Below are positions 17,547 to 24,111 of a DNA stretch of 24,111 nucleotides, one piece after another. The notes below the pieces were generated by a model. That model did no database searches. It saw only the letters and a program-made list of their open reading frames with translations, and was not told where the DNA came from. Each line of letters starts with the position of its first letter. Within the stretch, counting starts at the first letter, position 1. The position numbers and the translations under genes are program-made. The DNA comes from Fibrobacterota bacterium (GTDB lineage Bacteria; Fibrobacterota; Fibrobacteria; UBA11236), in assembly GCA_043753995.1 (NCBI GenBank), contig JAYUVP010000078.1:1-24111 (forward strand). Reading direction: 5' to 3'.

Positions 17547-18290
17547 TCAGAGGTTTTCCAGCTCCTGGCTGTCAAAGTCAGCATTGGTCCAGATATTCTG
17601 CAAATCGTCATGCTCGTCAAGCATGTCCAGTAGTTTTACCACCTTGGCGGCGGCATCCCCAGTGACGAGGACTCGGTTTTCGGCCACCTTGGCGACTTCA
17701 TGGCTGGTGGGATGCAATTTTTTGTTTTGCAGGGTTTCCAATAAGCCATGATAAGCCGAGGGTGGAACGCGAATTTCATATTCCTCGCCATCGGTAATCA
17801 GGTCTTCGGCACCGTTTTCGGTGACGAGTTCGAAGAGGGCATCTTCGGCAATGGCCGACTTGGGCAAGGTGATCGTACCGATCTCCTTGAACATCCAGGC
17901 GACGGCACCTTCTTCTCCAAGATTGCCGCCGTTTTTGCTGAAAATATTGCGCAATTCGGCGACGGTTCGCACGCGATTGTCGGTCATCGCAGCCATGATA
18001 ATGGCCGTGCCAGCCGGGCCATAGCCTTCATAGGTGATTTCCAAATAGGTCACCCCATCGAGCTCGCCCGCACCCTTGGCGATGGAGGTTTCGATATTTT
18101 TCTGAGGCATATTAGCGGCTTTGGCCTTAAGCACGGCCGTGCGCAAGCGCGGGTTGCCATCGAGATCGGATCCACCCAGGCGGGCCGACACCGTCAACTC
18201 GCGGATTATACGCGTAAATACCTTGGCGCGCGCCTGATCGATTTTGGCCTTTTTACGCTTGGTGGTAGCCCATTTGGAATGACCGGACAT
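17547..18290 (-). CDS. yebC: YebC/PmpR (TACO1) family protein
   Basis: MSGHSKWATTKRKK, NPRLR, YEGYGPAG, TDNRVRT; canonical yebC-ruvCAB synteny. Confidence 0.97.
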   Translation of the reverse strand: MSGHSKWATTKRKKAKIDQARAKVFTRIIRELTVSARLGGSDLDGNPRLRTAVLKAKAANMPQKNIETSIAKGAGELDGVTYLEITYEGYGPAGTAIIMAAMTDNRVRTVAELRNIFSKNGGNLGEEGAVAWMFKEIGTITLPKSAIAEDALFELVTENGAEDLITDGEEYEIRVPPSAYHGLLETLQNKKLHPTSHEVAKVAENRVLVTGDAAAKVVKLLDMLDEHDDLQNIWTNADFDSQELENL

Positions 18291-18391
18291 GAGACCTTGG
18301 CTCCTGGTGGTGAGGCTAGTGTAATGTAATACGGAGACTTAGGGAAGTCTGCATCTCGCTTGGTGAATTGCCCATTTGACCTGAGGGCTCC

Positions 18392-18407
18392 GGCGCCCTA
18401 GGGCGCC
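18392..18407. repeat. Perfect 16-bp GC-rich palindrome after the amidase stop
   Basis: GGCGCCCT|AGGGCGCC; hairpin without U-tract. Confidence 0.5.
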
Positions 18408-18420
18408 AGCGCAAAAACGT

Positions 18421-19992
18421 TCAATCTTCCTGGCGATAATTCATGAAGCGATCGATGGCTTCAGACATTTGTTTGGCAATGCGCTTCTGACCCTTTTTAC
18501 TGGCCATGAAGGCGCGGTCGCGATCATTGGTTAAAAAGCCCATTTCAAAAAGTACTGCCGGCATATAGGCGCCGACTAAAACGAAAAATCCTGCTTGTCC
18601 CGCGCCTGTAGAATATTTGGGTATGTCGAAACCGTCGAAAGCGGTGATGATTTTTTCCGCCACGACTTCGCTTTCTTTGCTGTATAGGTTGAGCTGATGC
18701 TCCAGCAAAATCCAATCGACAGGGGAAATCTCCGCCTTACCGGCCTTGCCCTTCTCTTCTTGGATGGCCTGATTTTCCCTGCGGGCCAAGGCATTGTCTT
18801 CTTCGCTGGCACCCGCTCGAAGGATATACGCCGTAAAGCCTGACACCTGTTGCTTGCGCTTTTTCGTGCCGTCGATCGAATTGCAATGCAAGCTGAGGAA
18901 TAAATCGCCGCCATGCTCCGAAGCGAATTTGGGCCGGTCTTGCAAGGTCAAGTAGCGATCGTCCTCGCGTGTCAGTACAGCCTTATAGCCCAGCTTTTGC
19001 AATTCCGATTTCAATTGTATGCCAACGGCCAAGGTGATTTGCGCTTCCTGAACACCGGCGACGGAAGCGCCTTGGTCGTGACCGCCATGGCCGGGATCGA
19101 TGATAATGGTGCCCTTGCCAGTTCGTGCACTCTTCAACGCGACTGGCTTGTCCGCCTTGTTCTTAGGGTCGACCTTGCGAATAAGAAAACGCAACCCAGG
19201 TAATTCGGTGTCGAATTCGCTTTCTACCGTGTCGACATTGCCCCGCAATTGCAAAGTCAGTTGCACTTGATTGCTATCCGAGGTGAGCAAAATCGATTGC
19301 ACCAAGCCCTTGCCTTCAACTCGAGAAGGGGTGCCTTGGGCAACCTTGGCACCGGGAAAGCGGGCGATAAAATTGGGGGGTACCCAAAAAGTTTCGGGAT
19401 TGGAATTACCGAGAACCTTTAAATTTACCAGAGTCCCATTGCTCCGACTCTCACAGAGGATAGGCCCTAAAAGCGCGTTAATTCCGGCCGCAGTGGATTT
19501 CGGTAAGCTGTTAGAACTAGGGGCTTTAGGTGCTTCTGGTTCGGACTTGGCCGAGGTCTTGGTCGCGGTGTTTAAAGCAAGAACTGTGGCTTCTAATCCG
19601 GCTTCGGATTTCAATAGTCTAAGAAACGGATACAAGGGCAGATAAAGTCTTTGCTGGCTGCGCCGCATGGGATAGGTCAAATTGAAAATGCGATCGGATA
19701 GGCTGCAAAAAGCATTGTCCAGAGTAAAGACCCAAGACTTGCCCTGCTTGTCCTTGGCCACCCATTTCTGACGATCCGGAACCCATTGCCCGGGAGCCTC
19801 TAAGAGGGAGTCGAGGGCCTCCATGCCAAGATAGGGAGTGCCCTCGAAAACTGTGTCGGTCAAGGTGATGCGCCGGGCTGGAGAGCTTGGCTCGCCAAGG
19901 ACTTGCACTTGAAGCTCGACGCCTGAAGCGATCGCGCTTAGTGCGAGCAAGCTGAAAAGGCTTAACCGAAAGGAAGAAAACCAGGAGCGCAT
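18421..19992 (-). CDS. N-acetylmuramoyl-L-alanine amidase (Amidase_3, AmiA/AmiC-like), exported
   Basis: Signal peptide MRSWFSSFRLSLFSLLALSAIASG; catalytic IDPGHGG, E, SLHCN, LFEMGF; autoinhibitory-type ARREN helix. Start ATG 19992, 4 nt after the smpB stop. Confidence 0.92.
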   Translation of the reverse strand: MRSWFSSFRLSLFSLLALSAIASGVELQVQVLGEPSSPARRITLTDTVFEGTPYLGMEALDSLLEAPGQWVPDRQKWVAKDKQGKSWVFTLDNAFCSLSDRIFNLTYPMRRSQQRLYLPLYPFLRLLKSEAGLEATVLALNTATKTSAKSEPEAPKAPSSNSLPKSTAAGINALLGPILCESRSNGTLVNLKVLGNSNPETFWVPPNFIARFPGAKVAQGTPSRVEGKGLVQSILLTSDSNQVQLTLQLRGNVDTVESEFDTELPGLRFLIRKVDPKNKADKPVALKSARTGKGTIIIDPGHGGHDQGASVAGVQEAQITLAVGIQLKSELQKLGYKAVLTREDDRYLTLQDRPKFASEHGGDLFLSLHCNSIDGTKKRKQQVSGFTAYILRAGASEEDNALARRENQAIQEEKGKAGKAEISPVDWILLEHQLNLYSKESEVVAEKIITAFDGFDIPKYSTGAGQAGFFVLVGAYMPAVLFEMGFLTNDRDRAFMASKKGQKRIAKQMSEAIDRFMNYRQED

Positions 19993-19996
19993 GGAT

Positions 19997-20464
19997 TTAT
20001 CGATTGCGGGCGCGCAAGGCACGGGCAATTTCGCGTTGGGCTTCCAGCTTACTCTTGTCGGCGCGCTTGTCATGATCTTCTTTGCCGCGGCAAATGGCGA
20101 TTTCAAGCTTAAGAAACCCTTCCTTGAAATAGGCTTTCAAGGGAACAAGGGTTAGACCTTTGCGAGCGGTGGCGGAATCCATGTTTTCGATTTCACGACT
20201 ATGCGCCAGTAATTTGCGCTCACGTTTGGGTAAGTGATTGAAAATATTACCCTTATCGTATTCGTCTATATAGGCATTCACCAAAAAAAGCTGGCCGTCT
20301 TTGACCTGACAAAAGGCTTCGGTAATGTTGAAATTGCCCTGGCGAATCGATTTGACTTCGGTGCCCTTCAATACCACGCCGACCTCGAAAGTTTCGAGGA
20401 TGTGGAAGAGGTGGCGGGCCTTGCGGTTTTCCACCGTGGGCTGATGATTGTCTTTAATGGCCAT
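19997..20464 (-). CDS. smpB: SsrA-binding protein
   Basis: NRKARH, LKGTEVKSIR, RERKLL, GK..HDKR. Confidence 0.97.
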   Translation of the reverse strand: MAIKDNHQPTVENRKARHLFHILETFEVGVVLKGTEVKSIRQGNFNITEAFCQVKDGQLFLVNAYIDEYDKGNIFNHLPKRERKLLAHSREIENMDSATARKGLTLVPLKAYFKEGFLKLEIAICRGKEDHDKRADKSKLEAQREIARALRARNR

Positions 20465-20475
20465 GGAGATGGGGA

Positions 20476-20504
20476 AGAGTAACGCGAAGCCCGGCCAATC
20501 ACAA
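20476..20504 (-). promoter_or_regulatory. Possible sigma70 promoter for smpB (very short leader)
   Basis: TTGTGA-N17-TACTCT on - strand, 11 nt before the ATG; no SD. Confidence 0.5.
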
Positions 20505-20558
20505 GGGCTAGGGATTACGGTTAGGTAAAGAAAAAACGGTTATGGCAAGTAGTGGGCG

Positions 20559-20879
20559 TTAATCTTCGTCGCCGGCATCCTCAGCGCCGCCTTCTTGGCC
20601 ATTCAAAATGACTTTTAGCTCTTTACTGGCTTCGAAAATGGGCTTGCGACCAGCCTCAATTTGAACCATTTCACCGGTGCGGGGATTACGCGCCGTACGC
20701 GCTTTTTTGTCTTTAACCTTAAAGCGACCAAAACCACGAATCTCAATGTTTTTGCCGTCCATGAGCGATTTGGCAATCGCGTCGAGAAAGCATTCCACGA
20801 TGATTTTAGTGTCGACTTGGGTCAAGCCGGTCCTTGCGGCGATTTCATCGACGATGTCTTTCTTGGTGACATTGCCCAT
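20559..20879 (-). CDS. HU/IHF family DNA-binding protein
   Basis: TKKDIVDEIA, IEIRGFGRF, ARNPRTGE, PIFEASKELK; acidic tail. Confidence 0.96.
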   Translation of the reverse strand: MGNVTKKDIVDEIAARTGLTQVDTKIIVECFLDAIAKSLMDGKNIEIRGFGRFKVKDKKARTARNPRTGEMVQIEAGRKPIFEASKELKVILNGQEGGAEDAGDED

Positions 20880-20958
20880 GCGCAGTGGCTCCCCGGGGTC
20901 AAGTTTGGCGCTTCGAGCAAGTTCACTCCAAGCGAGAAAAACAGCCGTAACCTCCCGT

Positions 20959-20987
20959 AGTATAACCTTTTAGGTAAGGGGTCGCAA
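20959..20987 (-). promoter_or_regulatory. Sigma70 promoter for the HU gene
   Basis: TTGCGA-N17-TATACT on - strand. Confidence 0.7.
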
Positions 20988-21016
20988 GAGTAGGCGAAGG
21001 GAATGAAGTGTGAGTT

Positions 21017-22636
21017 TCAACCCCAGTTCCGCATCTTCAGGGCTACGACCTTGTTCAAAGGGTCTAGGGCATAGGCCTTGGTGATGGCTTCGCGGGCTTT
21101 ATCGAATTGCTCCAGGGCCTCATAAGCCAAGGACAATTGCAGCCAGGCGGCCACCCAATCTTTTTGCTTTTGCACTGCGAATTCCAAATGCCGGGCGGCT
21201 TCCTTGGGCTGATTATTGCCGAGCAAAAGCATTCCCAAACGAAAATGAGCCTGCGGGTGCTGAGGCTGCAAGTCTATGGTTTGGTTGTAGCAGGTAAAGG
21301 CCCGCTGACGAATGGCTTCGACGATATCGATTTGCTTTACGCCAACTTGTCCGGCTTGTTGCAAATAAACTTCACCCAGGTTGTACCAAGTATTGTAATC
21401 CTTGGGTGAGCGCTTCAGTGCCGTGATCAAGGCTTGGCGCGCCTCTTCGAATTGCTCTTGATAATAAAGCGCCATGCCTAATTGAGCTTGGGCCTTCGCA
21501 TAGCCCGGTTGCCATTCCAAAATCCGCTCAAAAGTTTTCTGTGCCTCGACAAATTGCTTGGCGCGCATTTCCCTGCGGCCCACCTGATACAGGGCCGGAA
21601 TATGCTTGGGCTTGATCTTCAACGCTTGAGCCAGATACCCGTCGGCGGTGGCATCTTCGGGGCGTTGCTCCGAATGCATGGTTCCCAAGGCCGTGAGCAA
21701 GTCGACATCGCGGGGTTGCTTTTGCAGTAATTCCATGGCCTTAACCATGGCCTCATCGACCTTGCCTTCGCGGTATTGCGCCATCATCGCAAGTACCGAC
21801 AAATCCTTGCGTTGGGGCAATCGTATTAAGGCGGTTTCAGCCAGGTCGCGGGCTTGGGCATAGCGCCCATGGGCCATGAGTATGCGCGCCGCCAAGGCCA
21901 AAAACTCCGGGGGATTACCGCCCGCGGCCAAGGCGCGATCGACAAAGGGGAGGGCCTTATCGATCTGTCCGTTCTGGGCATATTCTTGAACCAATTGGCG
22001 AATCAATTCGCCATCACCGCCTTCGCCCAGGTCCTCGTCATGCGAGGAGTTCTGGTCACCATGGGAATCTTGATTATCAGCATGACCTTCCGCTGCCTTG
22101 CCTCGCGAATCCTGGGAGGAGGCGGGCTGGCCATGTTTTTGTTTTACTGATGCGTCTGAGTGCGCAACCGTGTGGGAATCTGAATGCTTTTCTGCCTGAG
22201 CCGCTGAGTGCGAATCCGAGCTTGCGCCATGGCCCAGTTTTTCGGCATGGCCGCTGGCTGCATGGTCTTCACCGTGCCCACCATGCGCCGAACCCCTCGC
22301 CTCGTCATCCCCTTCGCCATGCGATCCATGTTCCGAGGCATCACTATGGGCCTCCTTGGCCTTGGTACCATGCGGATGGACCACGGCAATGGGAGGAGGT
22401 ATGGCGGACGAGCCGAGTTCACCTTCTTCCTCATGGCCGGACGGTTCTTGCAATTCCTCGCCATGGCTAGCGACCGTTTCGGTTTTCTTTTCGTCCTTCG
22501 CATTTAATCCAAAACTGGCCCAAACAATGAGACCCAAGCAAAGCGCCAAGGTGGCTCCGGAGCCGACCACAAGCTTGGCGATAGGACCAGGAAGGTCCTT
22601 TAGCTTGGGCAGATTTTTCAACTTGGGTAAGACCAT
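21017..22636 (-). CDS. Membrane-anchored tetratricopeptide-repeat protein with His-rich linker
   Basis: N-terminal TM (LVVGSGATLALCLGLIVWASFGL), His/Ser/Gly/acidic disordered region, then multiple TPRs (e.g. WYNLGEVY, HFRLGMLL, WLQLSLAYEA..A..LDP). Confidence 0.88.
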   Translation of the reverse strand: MVLPKLKNLPKLKDLPGPIAKLVVGSGATLALCLGLIVWASFGLNAKDEKKTETVASHGEELQEPSGHEEEGELGSSAIPPPIAVVHPHGTKAKEAHSDASEHGSHGEGDDEARGSAHGGHGEDHAASGHAEKLGHGASSDSHSAAQAEKHSDSHTVAHSDASVKQKHGQPASSQDSRGKAAEGHADNQDSHGDQNSSHDEDLGEGGDGELIRQLVQEYAQNGQIDKALPFVDRALAAGGNPPEFLALAARILMAHGRYAQARDLAETALIRLPQRKDLSVLAMMAQYREGKVDEAMVKAMELLQKQPRDVDLLTALGTMHSEQRPEDATADGYLAQALKIKPKHIPALYQVGRREMRAKQFVEAQKTFERILEWQPGYAKAQAQLGMALYYQEQFEEARQALITALKRSPKDYNTWYNLGEVYLQQAGQVGVKQIDIVEAIRQRAFTCYNQTIDLQPQHPQAHFRLGMLLLGNNQPKEAARHLEFAVQKQKDWVAAWLQLSLAYEALEQFDKAREAITKAYALDPLNKVVALKMRNWG

Positions 22637-22687
22637 GGCTCTATGGGATCATAAAGCCTGGAAGACCGAAAACCCTAGAGCGAGTCC

Positions 22688-22851
22688 AGAGCCGGTCTCA
22701 AAACTCCTTTTGCAGTCGCCCGGCTGCGAACTTCGCCCAGCTTTGTCGCCCTGCATCGCGATATTTCGGGCCAATATCGCTGCTTCGGGCTTCGCGCTGG
22801 ACTCGTTCTCGCTCGGGCTTGGTGCGACAAATGAGTTTTGAGACCGGCTCT
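22688..22851. mobile_element. MITE-like non-autonomous element (164 bp, 19-bp perfect terminal inverted repeats, internal fold-back)
   Basis: AGAGCCGGTCTCAAAACTC (22688-22706) / GAGTTTTGAGACCGGCTCT (22833-22851); central hairpin GCGATATT-N7-AATATCGC plus further nested stems; no transposase. Confidence 0.72.
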
Positions 22852-22920
22852 AAGTCGGAAAGACGAAAGAGCAACCCAAAAAAACCAAACCGAGTAGCCC
22901 AGAGGTCTGGGCCACCGATT

Positions 22921-23700
22921 TTATTCGCTTTTTAAACGCGTAAAACCCTGCTGGCGATTGGCTTCATAAAGCGCTAAGGACAAGGCCACCGAGGCATTGT
23001 AGCTCTGCACCCGGCTATCCATGCGCAGCGAAGCTCTCATCGTCAGCGCACGGGCAATATGCGGAGGTAAGCCGCGATCTTCACCGCCGACTACCAAAAC
23101 CAAGGCTTGGCGCAATTCGATTTCGTCGAGGTTTTGGTCTGCACCGCCCCAAAGACCTAATAGCAAAAAGCCTGCGTCGCGCAATTCCTTCAGGGACTTT
23201 TCGATGTCAGTGACGCGGCAAAGCGGCACGGCATGCTCGGCTCCTGCGGCGGCCTTAGCAGCCGTCGGCGTGAGGCCAGCGGCTCCACGCGCATGCCACA
23301 AGACAGCATCAGCGCCTAAGCCCGCAGCCGAGCGAATGCAGGCGCCGAGATTGCGTGGATCTTCCATGGCGGCCGGGACCACGATTAGTGGAGGAGGATT
23401 ATCGCGCACGCGATCGATGAGTTCATCGCGCAGGGGTTCCCAATCGTCCAGGGCGCGCGCGTCGAGAAAGGCGACGATGCCTTGATGCGGGCCTTGGAAC
23501 AAAGCGTCGAGACGCGGCTTGGGCAATTGATGCACGCGTATGCCCGCTTGATCGGCCAAACGCTGCAGGGCATGGAGCTTAGGTGCCGTGAGGCCGAGTT
23601 GCACCACAACGTGATTGATTTGATTGGGCGCATTGCGAAGCTGGGCTTCGACGGCATGCAAGCCGGCAATACAAACCGAGGTGTCTATGCGACGTGGCAT
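22921..23700 (-). CDS. rlmB: TrmH/SpoU family RNA 2'-O-methyltransferase (RlmB-like)
   Basis: GLHAVE, HQGIVA, EDPRNLGACIRSA, GGEDRGL, SYNASVA. Confidence 0.85.
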   Translation of the reverse strand: MPRRIDTSVCIAGLHAVEAQLRNAPNQINHVVVQLGLTAPKLHALQRLADQAGIRVHQLPKPRLDALFQGPHQGIVAFLDARALDDWEPLRDELIDRVRDNPPPLIVVPAAMEDPRNLGACIRSAAGLGADAVLWHARGAAGLTPTAAKAAAGAEHAVPLCRVTDIEKSLKELRDAGFLLLGLWGGADQNLDEIELRQALVLVVGGEDRGLPPHIARALTMRASLRMDSRVQSYNASVALSLALYEANRQQGFTRLKSE

Positions 23701-23805
23701 GGTGAACTCTTAAAGGCTAAACGTTTTTTTTCAGTCGGCTATTTCCGGGACCGGCTCATGGACGGCGCGGCCCGAATCAGCGTCGGTAGGATTTTCAGAG
23801 CCCGG

Positions 23806-24111
23806 TTAGGCGGCTCGGCCCTTGTTGGCCACTATGGCTTCGCGAAACTCTTCGAAGAGATAATGCGAATCTTGCGGGCCTGGCGAGGCCTCAGGATGAT
23901 ATTGCACCGAGAAGGCCGACACCTTTTTGCAACGCAAACCCGAGACGGTTTGATCGTTCAAATTGATGTGGGTCACTTCGACATTCTCTTTGTCGAGGCT
24001 TTGCGGATCGACAGCATAGCCGTGATTCTGCGAGGTGATTTCCACCTTGCCATTGCGCAAATCCTGCACAGGATGATTGGCGCCGCGATGGCCGAATTTC
24101 AGCTTGAAGGT
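23806..24111 (-). CDS. carA: Carbamoyl-phosphate synthase small subunit, 5'-partial (C-terminal part)
   Basis: Frame open from the window edge: [17 protein letters not shown]...[10 protein letters not shown]...[15 protein letters not shown]. Confidence 0.96.
   Translation of the reverse strand, partial: TFKLKFGHRGANHPVQDLRNGKVEITSQNHGYAVDPQSLDKENVEVTHINLNDQTVSGLRCKKVSAFSVQYHPEASPGPQDSHYLFEEFREAIVANKGRAA

Noticed and set aside
19900..20560. tmRNA (ssrA) near smpB
   Set aside because: Flanking spacers are 4 and 94 bp, and no GGGG(C/G)..CTCCACCA tRNA-like ends were seen.
22356..22841. 161-aa + strand ORF running through the MITE as a possible transposase
   Set aside because: Mostly antisense to the TPR gene, with no DDE or HTH features.
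1..24111. CRISPR array, prophage or defence system
   Set aside because: No regularly spaced direct repeats and no integrase, cas, phage or defence-type ORFs were recognised.

Overview
Bacterial chromosomal window, mostly housekeeping, probably from a free-living Fibrobacterota/FCB-type organism. That assignment is an inference from the secreted CAZymes with basic or T9SS-like C-terminal tails, the HU sequence and the lipoprotein style. The + strand carries the end of a long-chain acyl-CoA ligase, fadN, fadA, a secreted CE2 esterase, an Rrf2 regulator, sucC-sucD-mdh-mtnN and a secreted GH44 endoglucanase. The - strand carries a probable outer-membrane barrel protein and the long run carA(partial), rlmB-like, TPR protein, HU, smpB, amidase, yebC, ruvCAB, a FlgE-like gene and a small Zn-ribbon gene. 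A 164-bp MITE-like fold-back element lies at 22688-22851. The stand-out is 12963-14963(-), an orphan flagellar-hook (FlgE) homolog. It has cleanly lost both terminal D0 segments needed for flagellar export and polymerisation, has a Sec/lipoprotein-type signal peptide instead, and sits behind a near-consensus sigma54 promoter. It looks like a hook protein repurposed as a non-flagellar envelope lipoprotein. No rRNA, tRNA, tmRNA or CRISPR array was recognised.
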